The notes beneath the pieces are model-generated. The model was not told the origin of the DNA. It made no database searches and saw only the letters and a list, made by a program, of their open reading frames with translations. Both the position numbers and the translations under genes were made by a program. DNA of 55,706 nucleotides, from contig CAVGLE010000001.1 in assembly GCA_963630035.1 (NCBI GenBank), positions 1 through 55,706 of the forward strand. Reading direction: 5' to 3'. Source of the stretch: [Ruminococcus] torques. GTDB lineage: Bacteria; Bacillota; Clostridia; Oscillospirales; Acutalibacteraceae. Below, one piece after another: positions 27,828 to 38,893 of this stretch (its first letter is position 1; each line of letters begins with the position of its first letter).

Positions 27828-28616
27828 ATGGCTACTATTTTAAACACAATTGCACAGCATACGGCAGAGAGATACGAAAAAATCATTTCGCAAACACCGC
27901 TGTCGGAGGTTAAGGCGCGTGCGCTTGCGATGCCTAAGGGCGGCTTTGAGTTTGAAAAAGCACTTGCCGCCGACGGAATTTCGTTTATTTGCGAGGTTAA
28001 AAAGGCGTCACCGTCAAAGGGCGTGATTGCCGAGAATTTTCCGTATCTCAAAATAGCAAAAGAATATGAGGCGGCAGGTGCGGCGGCTATTTCGTGCCTG
28101 ACCGAGCCGAAATGGTTTATGGGCAGTGACGAATATTTGAGAGAAATCGCAAACACTGTTTCAATTCCTGTTTTGCGTAAGGATTTCACTGTCTGCGATT
28201 ACCAGATATACGAGGCAAAAACGCTCGGCGCGTCGGCAGTTCTTTTGATTTGTGCATTGCTCGACACCGACACGGTTTGTGAGTATATCAAAATTTGCGA
28301 CACGCTCGGAATGTCCGCTCTTGTTGAAGCACACGATGAGGCGGAGGTCAATTCCGCACTTGAGGCAGGTGCTCGCCTAATCGGCGTAAATAACAGAAAT
28401 TTAAAGGATTTTTCGGTCGATGTAAACAATTCGAGCCGCTATCGTCAAATGATACCGAGCGATGTTTTGTTTGTTTCCGAAAGCGGAATAAAGACACACA
28501 AGGATATTGAAGTGTTGCAAAAAAATCACACAAACGCCGTTTTGATAGGCGAAACGCTTATGCGCAGTGATGATAAAAAGGCAACGCTTGAGGAACTGCT
28601 TTATGGCAAAAATTAA
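27828..28616 (+). CDS. trpC: Indole-3-glycerol phosphate synthase
   Basis: EVKKASPSKG, SCLTEP, LRKDF, GVNNRNL, SESGI. Confidence 0.97.
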   Translation: MATILNTIAQHTAERYEKIISQTPLSEVKARALAMPKGGFEFEKALAADGISFICEVKKASPSKGVIAENFPYLKIAKEYEAAGAAAISCLTEPKWFMGSDEYLREIANTVSIPVLRKDFTVCDYQIYEAKTLGASAVLLICALLDTDTVCEYIKICDTLGMSALVEAHDEAEVNSALEAGARLIGVNNRNLKDFSVDVNNSSRYRQMIPSDVLFVSESGIKTHKDIEVLQKNHTNAVLIGETLMRSDDKKATLEELLYGKN

Positions 28617-29196
28617 AATTTGCGGTTTGCGCCGAACGGAGGATGTTGAGTATGTCAATAAGCTGAAGCCCGATTTTGTCGGCTTTATTCTCTCTCCCGG
28701 TTTTCGCCGCAGTATTGATTTTGACACTTTCAAATCGCTTCGCAAGAACTTGAACGACGGTATTGCAACAGTCGGCGTATTTGTCAATGAGCCGCTCGAA
28801 AATATTAAAATTTTCAGCGACTGTGGGTTGATCGATTTTGTACAGCTTCACGGCGACGAATCGCCGCAATATGCCGAGCAAATCACACTGCCGGTCATAA
28901 AAGCACTTAAACCGTGCGATTTTGATAAAATCAATGACTACAATCACTGTGTCGATTATCTCCTTTTCGACAGCGGAACGGGCACAGGCAAGGCATTTGA
29001 TTGGCAAAAAATACCAAAAACGGATATGCCGTTTTTCCTTGCCGGCGGACTCACAACACAAAATATTCCTTTGGCGCTTGCAAAATACTCCCCCGATGTG
29101 ATAGACTTGTCATCATCGGTCGAAACAAACGGCGTTAAGGATTTTAATAAAATAAAAGAAGTAATCAATTTAGTTAGGAGCATAACAGATGAATAA
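28603..29196 (+). CDS. trpF: Phosphoribosylanthranilate isomerase
   Basis: [34 protein letters not shown]. Confidence 0.96.
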   Translation: MAKIKICGLRRTEDVEYVNKLKPDFVGFILSPGFRRSIDFDTFKSLRKNLNDGIATVGVFVNEPLENIKIFSDCGLIDFVQLHGDESPQYAEQITLPVIKALKPCDFDKINDYNHCVDYLLFDSGTGTGKAFDWQKIPKTDMPFFLAGGLTTQNIPLALAKYSPDVIDLSSSVETNGVKDFNKIKEVINLVRSITDE

Positions 29197-30373
29197 CGGA
29201 CGATACGGAATTCACGGCGGACAATATATCCCCGAAACACTGATGCACGAAATACACAATCTTGAAAAGGCATACGAGCATTACAAAAACGACCCCGAAT
29301 TTAATGCCGAGCTTAACAAACTTTTTAAAGAATATGCAGGTAGACCATCACTGCTTTATTATGCCGAAAATATGACAAATGATTTGGGCGGCGCAAAAAT
29401 TTATTTCAAGCGTGAAGATTTAAATCACACCGGTGCGCACAAAATTAACAATGTTCTCGGTCAGTGCCTTTTGGCAAAAAAGATGGGCAAAACCCGAGTT
29501 ATTGCAGAAACAGGCGCAGGACAGCACGGCGTTGCAACGGCAACCGCGGCGGCTCTTATGGGGCTTGAATGTGAAATATTTATGGGCAAGGTTGACACTG
29601 AACGCCAAGCACTCAACTGTTACAGAATGGAGCTTTTGGGCGCAAAGGTTCACCCTGTTACAACCGGTACAATGACACTTAAAGACGCTGTAAACGACGC
29701 ATTTAAAGAGTGGACAACGCGAATTGACGATACACTTTATGTTATCGGCTCGGTAATGGGTCCGCACCCATATCCTATGATTGTTCGCGATTTTCAATCC
29801 GTAATTTCAAAAGAGGCGAGAGAGCAGATTCTCGAAATCGAGGGCAAGCTCCCGACAGCCGTTATGGCTTGCGTAGGCGGCGGCTCAAACGCTATGGGTA
29901 TGTTTTATAACTTCATTAACGACAAGGATGTTCGCCTTATCGGCTGTGAAGCAGCAGGCAGAGGTGTTGACACCGGCGAAACAGCCGCAACAATGGCTAC
30001 CGGCTCGCTCGGCGTTTTCCATGGAATGAAATCGTATTTCTGCCAAAACGAATACGGTCAAATCGCTCCCGTTTATTCAATTTCGGCAGGCCTCGATTAT
30101 CCGGGCGTCGGCCCCGAACACGCTTATCTTAAAGATATCGGCAGAGCCGAATATGTGCCTGTTACTGACGACGAGGCAGTTGCGGCATTTGAATATATTG
30201 CAAAAACAGAGGGCATTATTTGTGCCATTGAGTCTGCTCATGCCGTTGCGCATCTTATGAAAATTGCACCGACAATGAGCAAAGACGATGTTATTATTTG
30301 TTGCCTTTCGGGCAGGGGCGACAAGGATGTTGCCGCAATCGCAAGATACAGGGGGATTGATTTACATGAGTAA
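29189..30373 (+). CDS. trpB: Tryptophan synthase beta chain
   Basis: [48 protein letters not shown]. Confidence 0.98.
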   Translation: MNNGRYGIHGGQYIPETLMHEIHNLEKAYEHYKNDPEFNAELNKLFKEYAGRPSLLYYAENMTNDLGGAKIYFKREDLNHTGAHKINNVLGQCLLAKKMGKTRVIAETGAGQHGVATATAAALMGLECEIFMGKVDTERQALNCYRMELLGAKVHPVTTGTMTLKDAVNDAFKEWTTRIDDTLYVIGSVMGPHPYPMIVRDFQSVISKEAREQILEIEGKLPTAVMACVGGGSNAMGMFYNFINDKDVRLIGCEAAGRGVDTGETAATMATGSLGVFHGMKSYFCQNEYGQIAPVYSISAGLDYPGVGPEHAYLKDIGRAEYVPVTDDEAVAAFEYIAKTEGIICAIESAHAVAHLMKIAPTMSKDDVIICCLSGRGDKDVAAIARYRGIDLHE

Positions 30374-31139
30374 GAAAATTGCAGACGCATTCAAAAACGG
30401 CAAGGCATTCATCGGCTTTTTGACAGCCGGTGACCCTGACCTTGATACTACTAAAAAAATCATTAAAAAAGCGGCTCAGGCAGGCTGTGACCTTGTTGAA
30501 ATCGGTATTCCTTTTTCTGACCCGATTGCAGAAGGCCCCGTTATTCAAGACGCAAACATTCGTGCGCTTAAAAACAATGTCACAACCGACGATGTTTTTC
30601 TAATGATTGATGAAATTAAGGACGATATTGATATTCCTATGGTGTTTATGACATATCTCAATGTCCTTTTCAAATACGGATATGACAGATTTTTGGCACG
30701 CGCAAAAGAAGTCGGCATTTGCGGCGTTATCATTCCCGATTTGCCTTATGAGGAAAAGGGCGAACTTCAAAGCGTTGCTAAAAATTACGGCATTGAAGTG
30801 GTTTCACTAATCGCACCTACAAGCGAGGAGAGAATTAAGATGATTGCCTCCGATGCAGAGGGATTTGTTTATGCCGTTTCGTCACTCGGTGTAACAGGTG
30901 TCAGAAGCGAAATCAAAACCGACCTTGAATCAATCACCGCCGCTGTTAAAGAGGCTACAGATATTCCCGTTGCAATCGGCTTTGGTATCAGCACACCAGA
31001 GCAGGCAAAAAAATACGCCGCCGTTTCCGACGGTGTAATCGTAGGCTCGGCGATTGTAAAAATTATCGAGCAATACGGCAAGGATGCTCCCAACAAGGTT
31101 TATGATTATGTTAAATCAATAAAGGATGCTATAAGATAG
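30366..31139 (+). CDS. trpA: Tryptophan synthase alpha chain
   Basis: [37 protein letters not shown]. Confidence 0.98.
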   Translation: MSKKIADAFKNGKAFIGFLTAGDPDLDTTKKIIKKAAQAGCDLVEIGIPFSDPIAEGPVIQDANIRALKNNVTTDDVFLMIDEIKDDIDIPMVFMTYLNVLFKYGYDRFLARAKEVGICGVIIPDLPYEEKGELQSVAKNYGIEVVSLIAPTSEERIKMIASDAEGFVYAVSSLGVTGVRSEIKTDLESITAAVKEATDIPVAIGFGISTPEQAKKYAAVSDGVIVGSAIVKIIEQYGKDAPNKVYDYVKSIKDAIR

Positions 31140-31249
31140 CAAGCATCAGCCACAATATATATTGAAAAATAACAATCTTGTTACTTCTATTGACAATATA
31201 TTGTATAAAATGATAAAATATACTCAGTATTGACAATAGGGTGATATTT

Positions 31250-31774
31250 ATGAAAGGCAAAAAAATTGCAATAGCTGTTATTGCAATTGCCGCTGTTGTA
31301 ATTGCCGCGCTTTTTGCAAACGGTGCCGTTTCGCTAAACGGCAAGCACAGTGATGGCGCAGTAAAAAGCACCGTTGCCGAGCAAAGCGTTGACCATTCGC
31401 TTTTTTATCACACTTGGCAAACCAATTACAGCGGCGTTGACGATGATTTTAGGCAGTTTTATCCCTCTGCCGTTGCTTTTTCCGAAACAAAGGCAACGCT
31501 TGAGGCGGATAAAAAAGACTCGTCATCATACATAATCGACGGCGACAAAATCACCATCACCGCCGGCAAGGAAAAAATAGTATATAATTTTGAAATCACT
31601 TCAACCGAGCTTAAGCTCACGATTGTTTCCGTTTCCGACGGAGAGCAAACATATAACGCAGAGGATTTTTTGCCCACCGGCAAAACTGTGCCGACAGCTG
31701 TTTATTCAATTACAGAGTCCCTCAAAATAAGCGGCGAATCGGAGTTTTCAAAGTTATTTACAGACAGTAATTAA
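31250..31774 (+). CDS. Hypothetical secreted or membrane-anchored protein
   Basis: Basic N-terminus plus hydrophobic helix; beta-rich remainder; own RBS and terminator. Confidence 0.7.
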   Translation: MKGKKIAIAVIAIAAVVIAALFANGAVSLNGKHSDGAVKSTVAEQSVDHSLFYHTWQTNYSGVDDDFRQFYPSAVAFSETKATLEADKKDSSSYIIDGDKITITAGKEKIVYNFEITSTELKLTIVSVSDGEQTYNAEDFLPTGKTVPTAVYSITESLKISGESEFSKLFTDSN

Positions 31775-31828
31775 AAATAAAACCGCAGTGCAAAGGATTA
31801 ATTCCACGCATTGCGGTTTTTGTTTTAT
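31775..31828. terminator. Bidirectional terminator
   Basis: AAAACCGCAGTGC/GCATTGCGGTTTT between convergent genes. Confidence 0.8.
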
Positions 31829-33847
31829 TCAGTATTCCGTTTTTCTGAACATATTGTTTATTTGATTGCACAGAGCAGGGAGTGAGTCGAGATTTCTGTC
31901 CTTTTCGATTATATCCCTCGCACATTTGCGGCACTGCTCAAGCGTTTCGGTATTTTCAAGCAAATCGGCTATTCCCAAATTCGGCAAGCCGTGCTGTCTT
32001 TTTCCGAAAAAGTCGCCCGGTCCGCGCACCTTCAGGTCATAGTCGGCGATTTTAAAGCCGTCGGCGTTGTATTTCATAACCTGCAAGCGCTCTTTTGTGC
32101 TCTCGCTCTTGTTGTCCGACACAAGTATGCAGTATGACTGCGCCTTGCCTCTGCCGACGCGCCCTCTTAATTGGTGCAACTGTGACAAACCGAATCTGTC
32201 TGCGTTTTCAATCAGCATTATTGTTGCATTCGGCACATCAACGCCAACCTCGACAACGGTTGTCGACACAAGAATGTCAACATCGCCGCGCGCAAAGGCG
32301 TTCATAACATTTTCCTTTTCTTTCGGCTTCATTTTGCCGTGGAGCAAACCGAGATTGTATCCCTTAAAAACGCCGTTTGAAAGGTTTTCGGCGTATTCCG
32401 TTGCAGGGATAAGGTCGTTTTCGCCCTCCTCGACAAGCGAGCATACAATGTATGCCTGATGTCCCTCGTCAATCGCTTTTTTAATGAATTTATATATTCT
32501 TTGATGATATGCGGAGTTGACAACATCCGTGCGGATTGTCTGTCTGCCCGGCGGCAACTCGTCAAGCACGCTTATGTCAAGGTCTCCGTAAATTATCAAA
32601 CCGAGTGTTCTCGGTATCGGCGTGGCACTCATAACAAGCATATGCGGGTCACTGCCCTTCATTGCAAGGCTCGCACGCTGTTCAACGCCGAAACGGTGTT
32701 GCTCGTCCGTTACAACAAGCGCAAGGCTTTTAAATTCGACATCATTTTGTATCAGTGCGTGCGTTCCGACGGCAAAATCAATCGTGCCGTCAATCAAGCC
32801 CTGTTTTATTTCGTGCTTTTCTTTGGCTTTTATCGAGCCGGTGAGGAGCGCGATTTTTATATCCGTGCCCTCAAAAAGTTTTGTCAACGATTCAAAATGT
32901 TGTGAGGCGAGTATTTCCGTCGGCGCCATCATCGCCGCCTGAAATCCGTTTTTAACCGCCGTGTAGATAACTGCGGCGGCAACAGCCGTTTTGCCCGAGC
33001 CTACATCGCCCTGAACAAGTCTGTTCATTGACCGCTCGCTTTTCATATCGGTTATGCAGTCGGCAATCGCTCTTGACTGCGCACCTGTCGGCTTAAAGGG
33101 CAGTGCATTCAAAAATTCGTTTGTAAAATCGGTTTTGATTTTGTAATTGTTTGTTGTTTCTTTTTTGTCTTTGAGCTTCATCAGCCCGATTTGCAGAGCC
33201 AAAAGCTCCTCAAAAATCAGCCTTTTTCGCGCAATTTTTATGTTTTCGCGGCTGTCGGGAAAATGAATTTGCCTTATTGCATCGTCAAGCGGACATAGGT
33301 TGTATTTTTTCAGCACACCGTCGGACAGTGTTTCTTCAACTTCGCCGATTTTTTCAAGCGCCGCCTTGACCGTTTTTGCTATCGCGCGTGAGTTCAGCTT
33401 GTCCGTTGCAGGATAAATCGGGTGTATGCCGGTCGCGCTTTGCGCCGGCTCAATTTGCGGCGAGTTCATATTTGCCGCGGTAAAACTCTTTTCAACCTTG
33501 CCGTATAAAACATAATCGTCAAATGTTCTCAACGATTTTGCAAGGTATTTGTTGTTGAAAATCGTTACATGGATAACGGTTTCACCGTCGGTAAAATTGC
33601 ATTTATAAAGTGTCAGCCCTTTTCGTATTATGGATTCTTTAATGGGCGTAATCATTGTTGCTTTTATAAATACGGGTGTGTCAATATCCGCCTCGATTAC
33701 CGAAACGGTGTTGCTCCAATCCTCATATTTCCTCGGGTAGTAGTGAATTAAATCGTTTACGGTATTTATTCCGAGCTTGTTAAACAGCGCGGCTCTTTTT
33801 TCGCCTACGCCCTTGATATATTGAATGTTTAACTCGCTGTAATCCAT
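31829..33847 (-). CDS. recG: ATP-dependent DNA helicase RecG
   Basis: IKGVG, QGDVGSGKT, MAPTEILA, DEQHRFGV, MSATPIPRT, QLHQLRGRVGRG; ATG start directly after fakA stop. Confidence 0.97.
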   Translation of the reverse strand: MDYSELNIQYIKGVGEKRAALFNKLGINTVNDLIHYYPRKYEDWSNTVSVIEADIDTPVFIKATMITPIKESIIRKGLTLYKCNFTDGETVIHVTIFNNKYLAKSLRTFDDYVLYGKVEKSFTAANMNSPQIEPAQSATGIHPIYPATDKLNSRAIAKTVKAALEKIGEVEETLSDGVLKKYNLCPLDDAIRQIHFPDSRENIKIARKRLIFEELLALQIGLMKLKDKKETTNNYKIKTDFTNEFLNALPFKPTGAQSRAIADCITDMKSERSMNRLVQGDVGSGKTAVAAAVIYTAVKNGFQAAMMAPTEILASQHFESLTKLFEGTDIKIALLTGSIKAKEKHEIKQGLIDGTIDFAVGTHALIQNDVEFKSLALVVTDEQHRFGVEQRASLAMKGSDPHMLVMSATPIPRTLGLIIYGDLDISVLDELPPGRQTIRTDVVNSAYHQRIYKFIKKAIDEGHQAYIVCSLVEEGENDLIPATEYAENLSNGVFKGYNLGLLHGKMKPKEKENVMNAFARGDVDILVSTTVVEVGVDVPNATIMLIENADRFGLSQLHQLRGRVGRGKAQSYCILVSDNKSESTKERLQVMKYNADGFKIADYDLKVRGPGDFFGKRQHGLPNLGIADLLENTETLEQCRKCARDIIEKDRNLDSLPALCNQINNMFRKTEY

Positions 33848-33848
33848 T

Positions 33849-35495
33849 TTATTCCACCGAAATGATATAGTAATAAACCGGCTGACCGCCGTCAACAATG
33901 CTTATTTCAATGTCACTGCCGAATTTTTCGTTCAGCTTTTGCTCAACAGCTTGTGCGCCGCTTTCGTCTGCGCCCTCGCCGAATATAATTGTGACAAGTG
34001 AGTGAATCGAGGTGTCAATCATGCTTTCGGCGGTTTCAAATGCAATTTGCTCCTTATCGTTGCCGATAAATTTGATTGCGCCGTTTGCCATTCCCATCAT
34101 CTGACCCTGCTTAATCGGCTTGCCGTCAACCTCGCTGTCGCGTGCGGCAAATGTTACCTGACCTGTTTCGACTGAACCTGCCGCTTCGGTCATTGCTTCC
34201 TCGTTTGTCTGCGCGTCCTGTGTTTCGTCAAAGCTCAACATTGCCGAAATTCCCTGCGGAATTGTCTTTGTCTGCAAAACGATAACCGTTCTGTCCTTTG
34301 CAAGCGGAACAGCCTGCTGAGCTGCCATGATAATGTTTTTATTGTTTGGCAAAACGAATACCGTCTTTGCCGGAGTTTGATTGATTGCGTTCAAAATGTT
34401 GTCTGTTGACGGATTCATCGTCTGCCCGCCGCTTACAACGACATCTGTGCCGAGGTCGCTGAACAAACTCTGTAAGCCCTCACCTGCGCAAACTGCAACA
34501 AAGCCGTATTCGTTTTCCGGATTCACGGTTTTTGTGTCATCAATTTTTTTGCCTTCGTCGGCGTTCCTGTGCTGATAGCGCATATTGTCAATTTTGATAT
34601 TGATAAGCTGACCGTATTTCAGAGCGGACTGAATTACATCGCCCGGGCAGTTCGAGTGAACATGAACCTTGATGATGTCGTTGTCGTCTACAACCACAAC
34701 GCAGTCGCCGATTGATTCAAGATAAGCGCGTAGTTTAAGCGGATCGTTCTCTTTTGCATTCTTTTCTTTTTCAATTAAAAATTCGCTGCAATAGCCGTAT
34801 TTGATTTCTTCGTCTGCGGCGGCAACAGTGCTTTTGCCGTTTTGTTTTTCTTCCTTTTTTTCACCGTCAATCGGCTGAACTATGGCATCGTTTTCAAAAA
34901 CACTTTGTATTCCTTCAAAAATTAAAACAAGACCCTGACCTCCGGCGTCAACAACGCCTGCTTTTTTCAGCACGGGCAACTGTTCTGGTGTTTTTGCGAG
35001 AGCCTGTTTTGCCGCCTGCAATGCCGCAAAGCAAACCTCAAGCGGTTCGTCCTGAATTTCGGCGATTTCCTCGGCAGCCTCCGCCGCTTTGCGAATAACT
35101 GTCAAAATTGTACCCTCGGTCGGTTTCATAACAGCCTTGTATGCCGCATCGCATCCCATTCTGAATGCCTTTGCGACATCCTTTGAGTCTGCCTCGTCAA
35201 GACCCTTGAATGCTTTTGACATTCCTCTGAATATAAGCGAAAGTATAACTCCCGAATTTCCTCTGGCACCTCTCAAAAGTGCGGATGCAGTTCTTTTTGA
35301 AACATCGCCGATTGAGCTGTCTTCAGGCATTGCGGCTATATCGGATGCCGCGGCGCTTATTGTCATCGACATATTTGTGCCGGTGTCGCCGTCAGGAACG
35401 GGGAAAATGTTTAGTGCGTCAACTGCCTGCCTGCTGTTTGAAATGTTGTTGGCGGCTGAAATAATACCGTCTCTGAACATCAGTCCTGTAATCAT
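33849..35495 (-). CDS. fakA: DAK2-domain fatty acid kinase subunit A
   Basis: LNIFPVPDGDTGTNM, GARGNSGVILS, VVDAGG, GGQTMNPS, GGQPVYYY. Confidence 0.93.
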   Translation of the reverse strand: MITGLMFRDGIISAANNISNSRQAVDALNIFPVPDGDTGTNMSMTISAAASDIAAMPEDSSIGDVSKRTASALLRGARGNSGVILSLIFRGMSKAFKGLDEADSKDVAKAFRMGCDAAYKAVMKPTEGTILTVIRKAAEAAEEIAEIQDEPLEVCFAALQAAKQALAKTPEQLPVLKKAGVVDAGGQGLVLIFEGIQSVFENDAIVQPIDGEKKEEKQNGKSTVAAADEEIKYGYCSEFLIEKEKNAKENDPLKLRAYLESIGDCVVVVDDNDIIKVHVHSNCPGDVIQSALKYGQLINIKIDNMRYQHRNADEGKKIDDTKTVNPENEYGFVAVCAGEGLQSLFSDLGTDVVVSGGQTMNPSTDNILNAINQTPAKTVFVLPNNKNIIMAAQQAVPLAKDRTVIVLQTKTIPQGISAMLSFDETQDAQTNEEAMTEAAGSVETGQVTFAARDSEVDGKPIKQGQMMGMANGAIKFIGNDKEQIAFETAESMIDTSIHSLVTIIFGEGADESGAQAVEQKLNEKFGSDIEISIVDGGQPVYYYIISVE

Positions 35496-35513
35496 ATAAT
35501 CAATGCCCTCCGA

Positions 35514-35870
35514 TCAGTTAAGCTCGTCAACATGAACATTGACTTTTGACACCTTGAGGTCGGTTGCCGATTCAATTGTGTATCTCACTTTGTTTACGAT
35601 GCTGTCTGTTATTGCGCTGATATTAACTCCGTATGATACTGCAATATGGAGATCAACCACAAGCGGGCCGTTGATGCTTTTAACTATAACGCCCTGCGTG
35701 TGATTTTCATTTTCAACCTTGCTTTTGATAACGGATTTAATGCTTTGATACGGGTTTGGGTTTACCATCCTTGTTACGCCGAAGCAACTTTGCGCCGCAT
35801 TTCCGACGAGGTTTGAAAAATAGTTGTTGGTTATCTCAATATACCCGTTCTGGTTTTCGTATTTTATCAT
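35514..35870 (-). CDS. Asp23/Gls24 family protein (YloU-like)
   Basis: CFGVTRM, DLHIAVSYGVNI, VNVHV; usual position upstream of the DAK2 gene. Confidence 0.88.
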   Translation of the reverse strand: MIKYENQNGYIEITNNYFSNLVGNAAQSCFGVTRMVNPNPYQSIKSVIKSKVENENHTQGVIVKSINGPLVVDLHIAVSYGVNISAITDSIVNKVRYTIESATDLKVSKVNVHVDELN

Positions 35871-35882
35871 ACAGGTTCCTCC

Positions 35883-37379
35883 TTAATTAAAGTACCAGTC
35901 TTCTATATTTGAAAAATAATTTGTGCCGTAGCCTTGCATATCGCCCTGGATGAGACGCGAGTAGCAAATCATACCCTGCCTGTAAACGAGCGGTATAAAC
36001 GGCATTTCTTCCGAAAAGTCGATAACGAATTTTCCTATCTCACTGTCGCCTTTCATATAACTTTCATATGATTTTGCCGATTTTGATTTTGATAAATCAA
36101 TACCGTAGTGCGTTGTGCCTTTTTCGGAAAAGAATGTGTATAAATTCATATCTGCCGAAACCTTTGTTTCGCCTATATAAATATCAAAATTATTGCCGGT
36201 AACCTTTGTGTTGAAATTTTTGGCATTTTCATAATCAATGTTTACGGAAAAGCCCACCGTTTCAAGTTGTTGCTTTAAAAGCGTCGCAATTGATTTTTTT
36301 GCTTCGTTGCCGTTGACCAAAATCGACAGTTTCAGTTGATTGGGGCTGTAACCGCTTTGTGCAATTGCCTGCTTTGCTCCCGCAGTGTCTGCCTTGGCGT
36401 CAAACACGGATGTTGCTTTGCCCATTTTCGACGACGGATTAAATACCGATGTCGCCGCTTTTGCGTAACTTTGATACGAGCTTTTTACAAATGTTTCCCG
36501 ACTTGCAGCAAGCGATATTGCCGTGCGTATATACTGATTTGATGTTATGCCGCTTTTGTTGTTGACTCCGATATAAACAAGGTTGTTGAGCACAACCGAT
36601 TTTTTGTTGCACTGGAGCCGCTTTTTGTTGCCCGACGAAAGGTCGCGAAACGCATAACTTATATTGCCGATATTAACTGCGTTTTCAATTGATTCCTCCG
36701 CAGTTACATTAATGAGAAGAATTTTTACTATATGCGGCTTAAAGTTTTGGTGCTGTTTGTTTACTTCGAGATAAACCTCACCGCCGCCCTCGGCAAATTT
36801 GTATCTGCCTGAGCCGATCGTATAGCCGTTTTTGTCTGTTTTGCCGTTTGATATTGCAAAGGTCAGTAAATTCTGCGCATTCGGATTTTCGTATTTTAGG
36901 TTGAATTTAACTTCTGTTGCGCTCTGCTCGCTTGCCGATGAGATGCAATCAAGGCTGTTTTTCCAGTGCGGCGAGCTTTTTGCCTGATTAAATGAATATA
37001 CAACGCTTGATGCCGTAAGGTCGCTTCCGTCCGAGAATTTAAGACCGCTCGGAATTGTTGCCACAAGCGTTTTGCTGTTTGTGTAAGCGTAGCTTGTCGC
37101 AACGGACGGCTGAACATCGTAGTTTTCATCAACGGTGAAAAGCGAGTCAAAAACAAGTTCCTGTAATATTTGGTTGTTGAGCGTTTCGGATTTATACGGG
37201 TTGAGCGAGTCGGATTGGGAATAGCTCAGCTTAAAGTTGGTGCTGTCCTCAACAAATTTTGTCGAGCTTTGCGTCACAAGCTTGTGTTCACTCGCATTCC
37301 TGTCGGCGGCGGAGCAGGATGAAAAAACACTCACAATCAAAACTGCCGCCGTGATGATGCACAAGAGCCTTTTATTCAT
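35883..37379 (-). CDS. Lipoprotein, family-5 (peptide/nickel type) solute-binding protein
   Basis: Lipobox FSSC; SLNPY, LVFDSL, KFSDGS.LTA, IGSGRYK, IRTAISLA, PFIPL. Confidence 0.8.
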   Translation of the reverse strand: MNKRLLCIITAAVLIVSVFSSCSAADRNASEHKLVTQSSTKFVEDSTNFKLSYSQSDSLNPYKSETLNNQILQELVFDSLFTVDENYDVQPSVATSYAYTNSKTLVATIPSGLKFSDGSDLTASSVVYSFNQAKSSPHWKNSLDCISSASEQSATEVKFNLKYENPNAQNLLTFAISNGKTDKNGYTIGSGRYKFAEGGGEVYLEVNKQHQNFKPHIVKILLINVTAEESIENAVNIGNISYAFRDLSSGNKKRLQCNKKSVVLNNLVYIGVNNKSGITSNQYIRTAISLAASRETFVKSSYQSYAKAATSVFNPSSKMGKATSVFDAKADTAGAKQAIAQSGYSPNQLKLSILVNGNEAKKSIATLLKQQLETVGFSVNIDYENAKNFNTKVTGNNFDIYIGETKVSADMNLYTFFSEKGTTHYGIDLSKSKSAKSYESYMKGDSEIGKFVIDFSEEMPFIPLVYRQGMICYSRLIQGDMQGYGTNYFSNIEDWYFN

Positions 37380-38149
37380 TTTCTGAACCTTTCTGTATGC
37401 ACGGTCTTGCCGCTTTTGTTGTCAATTTCAAAAAAACAACCCTCAAGCGTGCACTTACCGTCCTCATTCGTAAATCTTACCGGTAAATTGGTCCTTATCT
37501 TTTTTATTGCCGCGTCAGGCGCTACACCCAAAACGGAATAGTACGGACCCGTCATTCCCAAATCGGTGATATATCCCGTACCGCCGGGCAAAATTTGATC
37601 GTCCGATGTCTGCACATGCGTGTGCGTGCCGAAAAGTGCCGATATTCTGCCGTCGGCATAAAATCCCATTCCGCGCTTTTCGCTTGTCGCCTCTGCGTGA
37701 AAATCAACAAGAATGATATTTATTCCGTCGTCATTGAGTTTTTTGATTTCCTCGTCAATCGTGTCAAACGGATTTTTGTTGTTGTCAAGAAAAATCGTGC
37801 CTTGAAGATTGATTACGCCCACACGGCAATATCCCTTGTCAACAATTGCAACGCCCCTGCCCGGAGCGGAGGAATGGAAGTTTGCCGGGCGAATTATAAA
37901 TTCGTTTTCGTCAAGATAATCATAAATTTCCTGTCGCCTGAGCGCGTGGTTTCCGAGCGTTATCACATCAACGCCGCTGTCAAAAATATATTTCGCGCTT
38001 TGCGGCAATATTCCGTTGCCGACAGCCGAGTTTTCGCCGTTGGCAATCACAATGTCCGCGCCGTATTTTTTTTTGAGCGCAGGCAGTTTCTGTCTTAAAT
38101 ATTCGCAACCTTGTTTTGAAACAATGTCGCCTATTGCTAAAATTTTCAT
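37376..38149 (-). CDS. ymdB: YmdB/TIGR00282 metallophosphoesterase
   Basis: IGDIV, ANGEN, TLGNH, RPAN, DFHAEATSEK, GTHTHVQT, TDLGMTG. Confidence 0.95.
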   Translation of the reverse strand: MKILAIGDIVSKQGCEYLRQKLPALKKKYGADIVIANGENSAVGNGILPQSAKYIFDSGVDVITLGNHALRRQEIYDYLDENEFIIRPANFHSSAPGRGVAIVDKGYCRVGVINLQGTIFLDNNKNPFDTIDEEIKKLNDDGINIILVDFHAEATSEKRGMGFYADGRISALFGTHTHVQTSDDQILPGGTGYITDLGMTGPYYSVLGVAPDAAIKKIRTNLPVRFTNEDGKCTLEGCFFEIDNKSGKTVHTERFRK

Positions 38150-38268
38150 ATTAAACCGACTTCTATATTTATAATTAAAATTATTATACATTAATTTTAA
38201 TATAAATACAACCGATGATTGAATAATTTACGATGTGTTAAAATTTAACAAATCAATATCACTTTCGC

Positions 38269-38317
38269 TTGCAAAAAACGCTGTTGTATGATACTATATT
38301 TAGGTAGCCGAAACTAA
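38269..38317 (+). promoter_or_regulatory. Promoter with a DtxR-like operator over the start site
   Basis: TTGCAA-N17-TACTAT, then TTTAGGTAGCCGAAACTAA (14/19 by eye to the DtxR box TTAGGTTAGCCTAACCTAA). Confidence 0.55.
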
Positions 38318-38370
38318 CTGCGTAAAATGCGGTCGATTCGGCACCCCATATTTTATTGGAGGATAATTTA

Positions 38371-38736
38371 ATGCACGAAATGCACGAATCAGGCGAGATG
38401 TATCTCGAAACCATATATGTATTAAATAAAAAAAGCCCCGAGGTAAGGTCGGTCGATGTTGCCGAATATATGGGCTTTTCAAAGCCGAGCGTCAGCAGGG
38501 GAGTCGGCATTTTGAAACAGGGCGGCTATCTCACCGTCGATGCAAACGGCTTTTTGGAGCTGACCGATGCAGGCACCGAGGTTGCCAAAAAGATTTACGA
38601 AAGGCACACCGTGCTCACCGAAATGCTTGTTAAAATGGGCGTCAGCGAGGAAACCGCGGCTCAGGACGCATGCAAAATCGAGCATGTCATTTCCGACGAA
38701 ACGCTTGACTGCATCAAAAAAACTCTCGGCAAATAA
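38371..38736 (+). CDS. DtxR/MntR-family metal-dependent regulator (no FeoA/SH3 domain)
   Basis: ESGEMYLETI, SKPSVS HTH, IYERH, DACKIEH; GGAGG RBS. Confidence 0.92.
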   Translation: MHEMHESGEMYLETIYVLNKKSPEVRSVDVAEYMGFSKPSVSRGVGILKQGGYLTVDANGFLELTDAGTEVAKKIYERHTVLTEMLVKMGVSEETAAQDACKIEHVISDETLDCIKKTLGK

Positions 38737-38751
38737 TCACGGCATATATTT

Positions 38752-38789
38752 AAAGCGCAATTCTGCAAATAACAGAATTGCGCTTTTTT
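38752..38789 (+). terminator. Terminator of the DtxR-family gene
   Basis: AAAGCGCAATTCTG/CAGAATTGCGCTTT then T-run. Confidence 0.85.
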
Positions 38790-38893
38790 GTGTACAAAAG
38801 GATTACGCACTGATAAAATTTAACTGTGTAAAACGCCTTTACAGAAAATCTTATTTTTGATATAATTATTACAAATAATTTTTAGGAGAAACT

